Origin: Elsinoe ampelina | Taxonomy: Eukaryota | DNA: 20,000 nt | Reading direction: 5' to 3' | Assembly: GCA_010093995.1 (NCBI GenBank) | Contig: ML992507.1 | Span: 1,419,637-1,439,636, forward strand | Part shown: positions 1 through 10,764 of the stretch, piece by piece | Numbering within the stretch: the first letter of the stretch is position 1 | Layout of the letters: each line of letters starts with the position of its first letter | Notes under the pieces: generated by a model | What the model was told of the DNA's origin: nothing | Seen by the model: only the letters and a program-made list of their open reading frames with translations | The model's database searches: none | Made by a program: the position numbers and the translations under genes

Positions 1-669
1 ATGTATCGAGGGAAGTGGTGCGAATCTATCCAAGGTCTCACACGAATGTATTTGTCGCCTAGGATGGTGAATCCAAATAGGATGTGAGAGTCCAGTCCGC
101 CCGCTGGCATGTGATCGTTGTTGTCGTGGAGTTCACTTTGGATCAAGATCGCCATCACATGAAATCCCCGTTGGTCTGATGGTCACGGGTCATACAGAAG
201 CACTACAAGACCAATTGCACTCACATCGCCTTGAGAAAATGTCAGAGCTACGCATGTCACCTCCAGCAATTAGTTAATTGCCCCCCAAAAAAGTGCCCGC
301 GCCGTGCAAGCAAATCTTGCGCATGAAGGCAGATGCCTCGATTGTACCGTAGTGTAGCAAACACGCAAGAAGCTGAAATCGATCATAACGCTCTTTCGAA
401 TGGACATCTTGGCATCAGACGAAAGACGAATGTGAATGCTAGGTGAGACGCGAGATCGATGAGGAAGGGGGTATATGTTGCGGTCACGCATGACTAAGCG
501 CGCCAAAGTTTAGATTGGTCCAAGTCACATCACGGTACTGGCGAAAGGATTCTCAAGAAGTGTGTAGTCTGTCATTCACCTTCCCTTCTCTTTCCACGTC
601 ATTGAGAAGAAGGGTTTCCTCTCTGGAAGCCGTGCTCAATGAGCCCTCTACCCCAACGTCCAAGTTACC

Positions 670-2037
670 ATGGCTCGTGACGAGGCCTATGCCCCCTCAG
701 ACGACGAAAACGACTCCGACCACGACCTCCACATCTCCCGCAAAGGCGGCCGTGCCAAAGCGCGCGCGACACAAGCATGGGAAGCCTCTGCTCACCGGAA
801 CTGGGATCTGCAAGAGGATGCATCCGGCTCATTGACCTCGACTCTCACCAACCTCGAAGAAGCAGCTAAGCGGAAGCGATTACTCAAAGACACAACTCCG
901 CTCCAGCGCGGTATCATCCGACATGTCCTGCTCGTGCTGGACCTCAGCACGGCGATGCTAGAGAAGGATTTGCGTCCGAGCCGATTCTTACTTACCATTC
1001 AGTATGTGGTGCAGTTCATCGGCGAGTTCTTCGAGCAGAACCCTATCTCGCAGCTCGGGATACTTGGCATGAGAGATGGTGTGGCGGTGAGGATATCGGA
1101 AGTCGGCGGCAACCCGGTGGAGCACATCAATGCTGTTCGAGGATTGAGGAACAACTACGAGCCAAAGGGCAATCCATCGCTGCAGAATGCTCTGGAAATG
1201 GCAAGAGCAGGGCTCTATCACGCACCTAGTCATGGAACGAGAGAGGTGGTTATCATTCTGGGAGCTTTGCTGAGTAGCGACCCCGGCGACATCTACGATA
1301 CGATCAAGAAGTGTGTCAAGGATGGTATAAGAGTCGGGATAATTGGGTTAGCGGCGAGGATGCACATTTGCACGGAAATAGTCGGCAGGACGAATGGAGG
1401 AGACGAGTCCGGCTACAGTGTTGCAGTCGATGAGGTACAATATAGAGAGCTGCTGATGGGCATCACCACACCGCCAGTGGTCAGGGCTACAGACAAGAGG
1501 AGAGAGAAGAAGGCAGGCTTGCTGATGATGGGCTTCCCAAGCAGAGTCATGGAAGAAACACCAACTCTATGCGCCTGTCATGGACGACTGGAGAGGGGTG
1601 GCTACGAATGCAGTCGATGCAGAGCGAAGGTGTGCGGACTGCCAGCGACATGTCCTGGCTGCGATCTTACTCTCATCCTGAGTACGCACTTGGCAAGGAG
1701 CTACCATCATTTGTTCCCATTGATGAATTGGGTGGAGGTCACTTGGGAAAGAGCAAGAGAAAAGGGGAGCAGAGAATGCTATGGGTGCATGAGCGGATTT
1801 CCACCAGTACCTGGACAGAATGGAGAGGTCAATGGTGAAAGGAGGAGAGATGTCACGAAAAGGGCAACTGCGGAGGGGGCGAGTGAGAGCAGTAGGTATG
1901 AGTGCACCGTGTGCGAGAGGCACTTCTGCATCGACTGCGACGTCTTCTGTCATGAGGTCGTTCACAACTGCCCTGGATGCCAGAGCAACACCATTCTACC
2001 TGGACAGCAAGCGGATGAGGCTATGAATGGGGATTGA
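670..2037 (+). CDS. SSL1: TFIIH core subunit Ssl1/p44 (GTF2H2 orthologue), 455 aa, single exon
   Basis: Recognisable Ssl1 motifs: DTTPLQRGIIRH..LDLS.AM.EKDLRP, FFEQNPISQLG, PSLQNALEMAR, HGTREV, LLSSDPGDI (vWA domain); LCACH..GYECSRCRAKVC.LPATCP.C.LTLILSTHLARSYHHLFPL (C4 finger); C-terminal CYGC...YECTVCERHFCIDCDVFCHEVVHNCPGC. Confidence 0.97.
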   Translation: MARDEAYAPSDDENDSDHDLHISRKGGRAKARATQAWEASAHRNWDLQEDASGSLTSTLTNLEEAAKRKRLLKDTTPLQRGIIRHVLLVLDLSTAMLEKDLRPSRFLLTIQYVVQFIGEFFEQNPISQLGILGMRDGVAVRISEVGGNPVEHINAVRGLRNNYEPKGNPSLQNALEMARAGLYHAPSHGTREVVIILGALLSSDPGDIYDTIKKCVKDGIRVGIIGLAARMHICTEIVGRTNGGDESGYSVAVDEVQYRELLMGITTPPVVRATDKRREKKAGLLMMGFPSRVMEETPTLCACHGRLERGGYECSRCRAKVCGLPATCPGCDLTLILSTHLARSYHHLFPLMNWVEVTWERAREKGSRECYGCMSGFPPVPGQNGEVNGERRRDVTKRATAEGASESSRYECTVCERHFCIDCDVFCHEVVHNCPGCQSNTILPGQQADEAMNGD

Positions 2038-2962
2038 GGCTAGATGATCCAGGGCCATGCCGAACAGCACTTCACAACGCATTTGCTGGACAGCTGTGTG
2101 AAGCGAGAGAGTGCTACTTGGTAGGTATGTATGACTACACGAATGATGGTGCTTCACATCATTCCTCCGCAAGAGCGGCAGTAGCTTGGTGAGATACCAT
2201 GGCCGACATGCTCGGCTGTCTTTACTTTGTAGTGCTATCTGCATTCCTCGGGAGCGTGCCGAACCGAACAGCAGTCAGAATGGCAGGCTATCAAATACCG
2301 ACGACACAATGCATGATAAAGGGTCGACGAAGCGCTCGACGAACTAGTCAAACAAAGCATCCACTGGATCCAGGTTGCTATACCAGCACAGCTTCGGACC
2401 TTGTGAGGTCTCACACCTTCGTCATTGGTGCATCGGATACCACCACTTGCATCATGCCGAGATTGAGAGAACTTTACAGCTAGCTACCTGGCAAGCAAAC
2501 ACAATCACTTTGCCTCCCAAGCCGGCATGGCCGTTTCGACGTGCGGCCAGACCATTTAGAGTTTGACCCTGTCTGCTCTAGCGCGCATCCGCACCCCACA
2601 CGCCGCACACGGTCAGGCCGCTTGGACCGAGCTTTTGCAGGAAATTTGCGAGAGGCAGCTGGTGCGCGCGACGACAATTTCGCCCACTTTACATTCTCGC
2701 TAGGTACACTCTTCCCTCACCTTCTCTTCAACTCGTCGACCTGTCTTGAAACTCGTCGATATCGTCAGAACGACTACTTCATCACTCCTATCACTTCACA
2801 AGGTTCGTCAATTCCAACGGCCCGCTGCCTGTCAGCTGAAACTTCACACCAAAATCTCTCGCCTTTCAGTCGCACAACCGCCGCCGCCTCTCTTACTTGA
2901 TCCAAACCTGACCTTTACACAGTCTTCAATCTCTCAACCATCAACTCACCACCCCATACAAT

Positions 2963-3711
2963 ATGCAAGACTACGGAGCTCCTCAGGCCCAGGGCGGTCG
3001 TGCCTGCTACAACTGTGTAAGTCAACTACCCCGCTCCCCGCTTGTCTGGCGTTGTCAGACCTGCCGCCGAAAATTTCAGCTTTGCGCCTCCAGCACAATT
3101 CCTCCACACTCAACACTGTTCAACTATACTAACACGCGTCTGTAGGGAGAGACGTCGCATCAAGCACGTGATTGTCCCTCGAAGGGGACGCCGTCGTGTT
3201 ACAATTGTGGACAGGCAGGGCATATATCCCGAGAGTGCCAATCAGCTCCAAAGGAAAAGTCGTGCTATTCGTGCGGTGAGACCGGCCACATCTCTCGCGA
3301 GTGCCCCAAGGGCGGCGCTCCCGGAGGAGGATTCGGCGGCCCAGGAGCTGGAGCTGGCATGGAATGCTACAAGTGCGGCAAGGTCGGACACATTGCCAGG
3401 AACTGCCGCAGCAACGGCGGTGGCTTCGGTGGCGCCCCCGGTGGTGGCTACGGCCAGGGAGGTTTCGGTGGAGGTCGCCAGCAGACCTGCTACACCTGCG
3501 GCGGGTTCGGACACATGTCCCGTGACTGCACTCAGGGACAGAAGTGCTACAACTGTAAGATCTACCATTCCGTCTTGAAGGATATCACTAACAATTCGCA
3601 GGCGGAGAGATTGGCCATTTGAGCCGTGACTGCCCTTCTGAAGCCAGCCAGGAGCGCGTCTGCTACAAGTGCAAGCAGCCAGGTCACGTCCAGGCAGCCT
3701 GCCCCAACTAG
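2963..3711 (+). CDS. GIS2: CNBP/Gis2/Byr3-type zinc-knuckle nucleic-acid-binding protein, join(2963..3016,3146..3554,3602..3711), 190 aa, 7 CCHC knuckles
   Basis: Intron 1 is 3017-3145 (GTAAGT...TACTAAC...TAG) and intron 2 is 3555-3601 (GTAAGA...CACTAAC...CAG). The spliced frame gives seven CX2CX4HX4C knuckles ([98 protein letters not shown]) with Gly-rich linkers; stop TAG ends at 3711. Confidence 0.95.
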
Positions 3712-4957
3712 ACACACCACACCGACCGCGCTTAGGCGCACAACAGATTCTTCAGACCTGCATCACGGCACACCCAGCATCGGCAAGGACACCCCAATAT
3801 CGCTTCGGTTCGCGGCGGCAGACAGATGTATGATGAGGATGAGGAATGAACCTTAGGGAACCCCGGCGTTTTATCAGTTGACCGTTTACAACAAACCCGG
3901 GCTGCGACTCGATCTTTGGGGGTACTGGATGCTTGGGATGGACGATGCTCAACCTTGCTTTGACAGGGCAGGCGGCCGAGACGACGACGACGATCAAAAG
4001 TGTTTAGTCGAGGTTTTCTTTCCGGTCTGAGCGGACGGACAAGACCCTCTCCATGCTCCCCGAGGCAGAACTTCGTGCCTGGGACTTTTCGGAGTATGAT
4101 CTATTGTGATTGGTGACCTGCGTACGTAGCTGCCATCTAGAGAATGTGATGTTTGCAGCCCAACAACCTTTGTCCGCACCCGCGCTTGACATTTTTTTCA
4201 TTGATGATGTGCGTTTCTGACTACGTATCTCGTCGACAACATGCTTAGGAAATGGCATGGCTGAAGTCGTCGACCATGGGGAGAGACAGTGTTGCGTTCA
4301 GTCACGTGCAGACATGGATCATATCGCACTAAGCCTCTTTCAATGGAAAATGGCCACGATGGCCGTTTTTTGACCAAACAGGTTAGCGCGACTGCAGGTC
4401 ACCTTTTGAGAACATGTCATCTGGGCTCTCACCTACTACCTTACAGCATCCATTGCATCATTTTACAGCCGAAACGCCTTCGACTCGTTGTGCGTACCCC
4501 TGCTTTCACGTGTCGAGAAGACACGTCTATTCACACCACTTGTCAGGGATCTAGGATCCAGAGACTCTCTCGTACTCAAAGAGCTTTATGCGGGAACATC
4601 TCGTGCTCCAGCGAGGGGTGATGGAGCTCCATCAGATCTGTGGAGGGACTTGTTGGAGCTAGTCAGTATGGGGCCAGGAAGTGCTTCCATGCCAAAAGAT
4701 CTGACCTGAAAGGCACTGACCTGGTAGGAGCCGGTCTGGTAGGTATTGATCAGGATACAGATCATGTCCGCCCCGCAAGCAAGTCTTCCCACTTTTGCTC
4801 TTTCGACAGCCGTTCACATGTTTAGCTTGTCGATCATCTACCTCCTCACTGCTTCACCTCACCGCTGCGAATTTAGATCCAACTTCAAGTTCAAGCTCAC
4901 CTTCAACTTCAGCAGGCAGCCGTGGCATGTGCATCTACTGTAGCATGTGCTCGAAGG

Positions 4958-5214
4958 GATATATAAGACCACCTTCGCCCCCTCTAAAACCTTTCCTTCT
5001 TCCTACCACTCCACCCTTCCACTCCCTCGCCCCCTTTCCCCCCCTTTCTCACACCACCTCTCTTCTCTCCTACCACACACACTTACCTTTACAAGACCAC
5101 CCATCAGCAACATCACTCGCCACTCCAATACTGCCAACGACACAGATCGTGGCCCGAATCTTCAATTAAGCATCTCAGAACACATCAGGCAGGTCCTCCG
5201 AACTTATCACGATC
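4958..5214 (+). promoter_or_regulatory. Putative core promoter/5' UTR of the GTPase gene (TATA-like GATATATAAG followed by a long CT-rich tract)
   Basis: GGATATATAAG at ~4958-4968, then a pyrimidine-rich stretch (~4975-5110) typical of filamentous-fungal transcription start regions, upstream of ATG 5215. Confidence 0.45.
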
Positions 5215-8200
5215 ATGACGGACACGGCTGATCCTTCAGCTAAGGACAGTCTTTTCGTCCCACCCCATGATATCCGTGGTCCATCCATGATGCCATCTGG
5301 TGGGACTGATGTTAGCTCTGCTAGGACTGGAACGCCTCCCACGAGCTCTGCCTCTGAGACTGCTGCTGAGCCTGGCGCAGCTCCTACCAGCCCTCTCGCC
5401 ACCTCTTTCAAAAGACCTGCAGATGAGCCACCAGAAGACGAGCCTGACTCCAAGTCCGCACGCCGAACCATTCCCGGCAAAGTCAACTATCTCGGCGATG
5501 AGCTTGAAGAATACGACCCAGCTGAAGCGTTCTGTTTCGAGCTTCACGAAGGACTACCAATGGTTGCGTCGAGCCTGCCAGAATGCCGCCGAGCCGAGAT
5601 CCTGTCGGCAAAGGGACTACGCCTGGTACTTGATGAGCTCGAAAAACTACCAGAGCAAGGCAAAGAGATAGCTCGTCTCGTGCAGCAAATGAAGATTTGC
5701 TTGAACACCAAGCTGAGCAAGAAGTTTGTGGTAGTACTTGTCGGCGATACGGGAGCAGGGAAGTCCACGTTCCTCAACAAGCTACTTGGTCTTCGCAAGC
5801 AGCTTGCTTCCCAAGGTGCAAACGGCAAAGCTCAAACTCAAGTGGTGACAGAATACCATTTCGACGAGAGATACTCGAAGGAGAATGCGACCAAGCTGTC
5901 GCAACGCTCCATAATTCATCTCAAGTCAAAGGACCGGGTCGATGAGGAGATCGAGGCCCACCTTGAAACCTACTTGACCTTCCACAACACCGCCTTCAGG
6001 AACTTGCGTGGAGTCCAGAGGAAGAAGGAAGACATTGCTGAGGCTGAGACTGCAGAAGAGTTTCTCCTGACCGTTTTCGCTAAGCAGACTGGAGGCAACT
6101 TCAAGAATGCCGACAAACTTCGAGCGTACGCGAGGAAATTGAAAGCAAGAGAATACAACAAGACTCTCAAGGCTTTGCAGGACTATTGCGAAGGGCTACT
6201 ACGACCACACTTTGCGACAAAAGGCGATCCAGCGACCCGCGAGATACGAATCGACGAAGCGACTGTGTCAAAGCACAATCGGGCGGCTGCGGTCTACACG
6301 GAGCGCCCAATGTCTGGCCAGACTGGTCTCTGGCCGCTTGTGGAAAGGGTTCAGACTTTCGTTCCCTGCCCGCTTCTTGCCAAAGGCCTAGTCGTTGCCG
6401 ATGCACCTGGCTTAAGCGATAGTAATGCCATGAGACGGAACGCTTCCGAAAAGTACATCAGAGACGCCAACATGGTCTTCATCTTCGCACCCATCAAACG
6501 TATCGTCGATCACCCCATGATTCGCAAGTACCTCCGCAGCTGTCTCGTATCCAAATCCATCGAGGATGTGGTAGTTGTGCCGACCCAGATCGATGACATG
6601 GGTCAGCCTGGTGAGAGGGACTCGGAGGGAGAGGGACTGGATGATTACACACAGATGATTGCAGAATACGACGAGGCATACGAAGCTGCCGACGAAGCTT
6701 TCAGAAGAGCGTCGAAACGCACCGAGAACACCGAGACCAGGGTATCACTCAAAAAGACTCGAGAGAGAGCTCTGACGACTCTGCAACGCGCTCGCATCTT
6801 GATGCGCAACCAAGCAGTCACTCAGAATCTGCAGGGACTCTTGCCTGCCGAGTATGCCAAAGATAAGCTGTTGGTCATGCCTGTCTCCAGTTCCCAGCAC
6901 CAGCTCTACGTTGACGGCCTCGCCGGAGACGATACTCTACTCAAGATGGGACCTGACGGGCATGGAGAAGACGGAGTTGCGGCCATTCGCTCACTCATGT
7001 TTATGCGGGCCCAAGATGGTTTGATGCAGAGGCTCTTGGACTATGTGTTCAACGACATTGAGGTCCCACTGGGTCGCATGAAGCTGGTGCTGGAGAAGAA
7101 TCCGGACGATCGCAGAGAAAGTCTGTTCAAGGCGGTGGAGGAGGCTATTGAGAATGGCAAAGAATGTGTGACCGGGTATCACAAGAAAATTCAGGCAGCT
7201 GCAGAGCAGAAAGTTCTGAAAGCGATGACCAAGACCAACAAGCACTGGGTCAAACAATTCGACGAGCTGATCCAGGGGTGGTACGACATCGCATACGCAC
7301 ATCAGACATTCAAAGCGATTGCGAGAAGACATGGGCGCCACTACATCAAGAAGCAGGATGCAACGACCGATTGGACTGGCGATGTCATAGGAGTCGTCAC
7401 GCCGTCCATCCAACTGATGATTCGCGACTTCAAACAAGACTGCGAACGCATTCAAGTCAGCCTTCTTGAGTCCTTCAACGGTACGATGGACGGCGTGCGA
7501 GATACTACAAGGACCGACGCCAACGTGGGCGGGATCGACATGACGACCATCTTCAAGCTACTCGAGACGCACAAGAAGCACTTCGAGCACTCCGTTCCCG
7601 CAGCTTTCGCCGCTCTCGCTGACAGCGTCATAAAACTCGGTGCCGGAATCCTACCAGAACCGCACGAGATCCTACCAAATGCCAAATCCAAATCCAAGAC
7701 CAAAAAACTTCGTCTCGCTCGAGGCCAGGGCCGTGACTTCTACAAGAGCATGGTCGCCCTGTACGATGGCCTCGTCAGCGACCAACTTTTCGGGCCTGGC
7801 ACGAAGAAAGTGACCGCGAAGCGCTGGGCCCATCTCCGCAAGCAGCTCTGCAACACCCAATCAGGAAAGCCCATGAGCTCCCTCAGAGCCGACTTCCGCT
7901 TCCGCCTCACCCAAACCATCACCGGGTTTGCCGAACACCTCATGGTGGACATCATGGGATCGCCCTTCAGGGAGATAAGTGCGGATTTCGAAGCCAGGTT
8001 TGGCCGCTACGAAGACTTCCAGGATCAAGCTACCCGCGACAGTATCAAGACTGCGCTTGAGAAGGTACTACCACAGGCCAGACAGATGTTCGATGAAGCG
8101 CAGAGGTGCCTGAACTGTGCGGTCGAGTGGGAGAAGGAACATGGTGGGTTGGTGGCGAAGCCGGTGGCCAAGCAGGTCAAGTTGAAGGCCGAGGACTTTC

Positions 8201-8304
8201 TGGACGACATGGTGAGCGACGTTGAGGAAGAGGATGAAGATGACGACGAGGACGGGGGTGAGACAGAGGATTCGGACTCTGACCTCGAAAGCGAGGCGGA
8301 TTGA
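5215..8304 (+). CDS. Large dynamin-superfamily P-loop GTPase (Dynamin_N; SLIP-GC/NUGGC-like fungal family), 1029 aa, single exon
   Basis: G1 VVVLVGDTGAGKSTFLNKLLG, G2-like AQTQVVTEY, G3 GLVVADAPGLSD preceded by GLWPLVERV, G4-like VVPTQIDD; long helical C-terminal half; low-complexity N-terminus and acidic C-terminal tail; 3-kb uninterrupted ORF. Confidence 0.88.
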   Translation: MTDTADPSAKDSLFVPPHDIRGPSMMPSGGTDVSSARTGTPPTSSASETAAEPGAAPTSPLATSFKRPADEPPEDEPDSKSARRTIPGKVNYLGDELEEYDPAEAFCFELHEGLPMVASSLPECRRAEILSAKGLRLVLDELEKLPEQGKEIARLVQQMKICLNTKLSKKFVVVLVGDTGAGKSTFLNKLLGLRKQLASQGANGKAQTQVVTEYHFDERYSKENATKLSQRSIIHLKSKDRVDEEIEAHLETYLTFHNTAFRNLRGVQRKKEDIAEAETAEEFLLTVFAKQTGGNFKNADKLRAYARKLKAREYNKTLKALQDYCEGLLRPHFATKGDPATREIRIDEATVSKHNRAAAVYTERPMSGQTGLWPLVERVQTFVPCPLLAKGLVVADAPGLSDSNAMRRNASEKYIRDANMVFIFAPIKRIVDHPMIRKYLRSCLVSKSIEDVVVVPTQIDDMGQPGERDSEGEGLDDYTQMIAEYDEAYEAADEAFRRASKRTENTETRVSLKKTRERALTTLQRARILMRNQAVTQNLQGLLPAEYAKDKLLVMPVSSSQHQLYVDGLAGDDTLLKMGPDGHGEDGVAAIRSLMFMRAQDGLMQRLLDYVFNDIEVPLGRMKLVLEKNPDDRRESLFKAVEEAIENGKECVTGYHKKIQAAAEQKVLKAMTKTNKHWVKQFDELIQGWYDIAYAHQTFKAIARRHGRHYIKKQDATTDWTGDVIGVVTPSIQLMIRDFKQDCERIQVSLLESFNGTMDGVRDTTRTDANVGGIDMTTIFKLLETHKKHFEHSVPAAFAALADSVIKLGAGILPEPHEILPNAKSKSKTKKLRLARGQGRDFYKSMVALYDGLVSDQLFGPGTKKVTAKRWAHLRKQLCNTQSGKPMSSLRADFRFRLTQTITGFAEHLMVDIMGSPFREISADFEARFGRYEDFQDQATRDSIKTALEKVLPQARQMFDEAQRCLNCAVEWEKEHGGLVAKPVAKQVKLKAEDFLDDMVSDVEEEDEDDDEDGGETEDSDSDLESEAD

Positions 8305-8362
8305 TGGGGTAGTGGTAGGATTGACGACACCGAGAGGTCGGTTGGAGTTTCGAGAGACTGTC

Positions 8363-8418
8363 GATGGGTTTCTGGGAGGACGTTGATGAGTTTCTGGGAG
8401 GACGTTGATGAGGTTCTG
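8363..8418. repeat. 22-bp tandem repeat, ~2.5 copies (GATGAGTTTCTGGGAGGACGTT), in the 3' UTR region of the GTPase gene
   Basis: Units start at 8363, 8385 and 8407. Confidence 0.85.
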
Positions 8419-8814
8419 CCCGGGAATTTCAGAGATGCTGGTGGGACGCTGGAGAGCTTCTCGTAGGACAATGCAATGCGGAGGCTCTCAGAGACAAGGA
8501 TGGGATCGAGCGAGACGAGACTGAGGATCTAATCACAGATTATCACATTTATCATCTAGATAGTCCGATCCATTGACCAAAGCAATCCAGTCCCAGAAGC
8601 GTCCATACCATTTCGTGCTCCGAGTTCCAGCTGCCTCGCAGCCCCTTGCTTGCCATCCATCATCGACCCGTGCCTGACTATGAATTGGGTATGCTCTTTG
8701 CCTTCCTGGTGTGCATGGAAATTGTGAGCTTGAAAGATCGGCGTCCGCCTTCCACTTGCGGTCCGACATCCGTTTCAGGTCTAGCGCCATCACTTGCGGC
8801 TCCTCGGACTCCTC

Positions 8815-8956
8815 TGTTGTAACTGGCAAATCGGATCGAGAGACGTGTATTTCATTCAGAGAGTTACAATAACCGATTTATCTACTGTGCGTGCGCTGAC
8901 TTATTAGTGCCAGTTCTTTAGTATTAGAGAAGCTATACTAGCCTTCTATTATAACA
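8815..8956 (-). repeat. Copia 3' LTR, 142 bp
   Basis: Bounded by inverted termini TGTTGTAA (8815) and TTATAACA (8956; one RIP-type mismatch). Directly adjacent to CTCCCTCTC (8957-8965), which is the polypurine tract GAGAGGGAG on the minus strand. The partner LTR is not in the window. Confidence 0.75.
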
Positions 8957-9324
8957 CTCCCTCTCTAGTATAGATTATTAAAGCTAGAGAACTATTCTGT
9001 TATATGTAAGTAAAGTAATTAGCTTATTACTTTATCTCTTTATAATTGCTTATGATTATTAGTGCTAGCTAATCACTAGTAAGAATTTACTATTAGATTA
9101 GCTTATAACAGCTAGTAACAATAGTAACTATTAATAATAGCTAGGTAGCTATTGTCTCTATTGTTCTATGTGAATAGATTAGCTTATAAATCTTAACAAG
9201 GGAGATATAAGTATCTAGCTAACTTCTTTATAGTTTCTCTTTCCTTTATTATACTTATAATAAAAGCCTACTATTTTACATTTCACTTTTACACCTTCTA
9301 TAGTATAAACTAACTCCTTATAGC

Positions 9325-10515
9325 ATAAGTGCTACTACTTAGCTAGGCATTAGTAGTATTACTACTAGTACTAGAGTACTAGGTAGTTCGCTAGGTAGTA
9401 GAGGTAGAGAATGTAATCTTTCTTAGTCTAGAGATTTAACTAGTTCTAAGACAAAAGAGTAGAGTACTATAAGGGCTATTACTAGACTAAATACTCTTAG
9501 TATATTATTCCTTATATAGTCTAAAAAGTAGTACTAACTTATTATAGTTAGGACTAAATAGGCTCTTACTTAGGAGCTTACTATAAGCATCTAGAACAAC
9601 CTTACTAGGCTTAGGGACCTTAGATACTACAACTATAACTTGCTATACTTAGTCTTTAGGTCCTCTACTATTTAGGCTTTTAGTGCTAGTAACCTAGATC
9701 TTTTAGTCTTAGCCCCTATCTAGGTAAAGAACCTAACTAAGATAATTAACTTAACTAGTTCTCTAACTTATATAGCTACCTTAATAGGAACTAGTACTAC
9801 TAGAAGAGTTATTTACTATAGTACTAACTACTACACTAAGTATTAGAGCTCTACTCTAAGTAATAATAATAGCCTTAGTAAAGCTAGTAAGTTCAAGTAG
9901 TATATTATAGTCTCTAGCTAGTTCTATAGTGCCTATACTAACTATGCCTATAGTCTATAGTATAAGACTTGCTCTCTTATCTAGTATACTTTAACTCTAA
10001 GGCCTCTAAAGGAAACTCTAAGTAGTTTAAGGCCTATTACCTAACCTGTTCTATATAGCCTAATATACCTACTAACTAAGCTTCTAAGGTCTTTCTCTTT
10101 TAGTAGTACTTTGCCTTAAAGGTTCTTACTAAGGCCTACTTCTTCTCGTAGTAGGCCTACTAACATTATTAATAAGTCCTTAGTCTATCCTAACTTACGC
10201 TACTTTATTATAGTCCCTATAGACTTTGCTAATCTAGCAAATCCTATATAAGCTAAGCTCTAGGCCCTATAGGTTATTATAGCTAGGTTTGCTATAAACA
10301 TAGCTAAGGTTATATCTAGTAAGAGGGCTAGCCTTCTAATTATTTACACCTTTACTATATAAGGTTTAGCTAGTAGTATAGGTTATATAAGGAATATATC
10401 TAGTTCTTCCCTAAGAAATAAAAGGTTAAGGGCTAACTCTAATATATTAATAGGTAGTAGATCTCGTGCTAGCTCTAAGAGCTTTAAGAGGATAAGAACT
10501 CCTCTAAGAAAGTAA
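9325..10515 (+). pseudogene. RIP-mutated DUF3716-like Cys-rich gene inside the copia element, antisense to pol (~396 codons)
   Basis: One frame with no frameshifts; internal stops are TAG/TAA, as expected from RIP of CAG/TGG/CAA. De-RIPed 9832-9978 reads C-T-K-C...G-K-F-x-Q-C-V-V-V-S-G-Q-F-x-G-A-C-A-N-C-A-Y-S-L-Q-Y-K-T-C-S-L, matching my recollection of the DUF3716 signature. The start is inferred from ATA at 9325. Confidence 0.75.
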
Positions 10516-10764
10516 TTAGTAGAGTGTAATAAGTAGTTAGTAGTATAGGATAGTAGTTAGTATTAAGTAGTAGATATAGCTTAGGTATAAGTAGCTAGTA
10601 ATAAGGTTATAATAGCTTTTTCTTTCTCTCTTTTTAATGTTAAAGTAACTTACTTTAAGTTTTTAGACAAATAAGATAGCTTAATAAGTAGTAGTAGTAT
10701 AAATAATATACTTAAAATAATAATACATATAAAATCTAAATAAGTATATAGTATAGATATACAC

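Noticed and set aside
1..669. Short ORF 270-506 (-) and other upstream sequence
   Set aside because: No recognisable coding or RNA signal; treated as intergenic/promoter sequence.
515..2244. Short alternative-frame and antisense ORFs overlapping SSL1
   Set aside because: Shadow ORFs of a conserved coding sequence; no recognisable motifs.
2963..3711. GIS2 zinc knuckles as a retrotransposon gag fragment
   Set aside because: Seven knuckles with Gly linkers, canonical introns and no RIP indicate the cellular CNBP-family gene.
3042..3856. ORFs 3042-3578, 3242-3715, 3301-3525, 3359-3622 and 3626-3856 as separate genes
   Set aside because: Explained by the spliced GIS2 gene and its alternative frames in GC-rich Gly-codon sequence.
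4250..4950. Short ORFs between GIS2 and the GTPase gene
   Set aside because: Short, mutually overlapping and without motifs; likely intergenic.
5175..8471. Antisense and off-frame ORFs over the GTPase gene, including the Ser-rich 8025-8471
   Set aside because: Mirror of the acidic tail and codon bias of the real gene.
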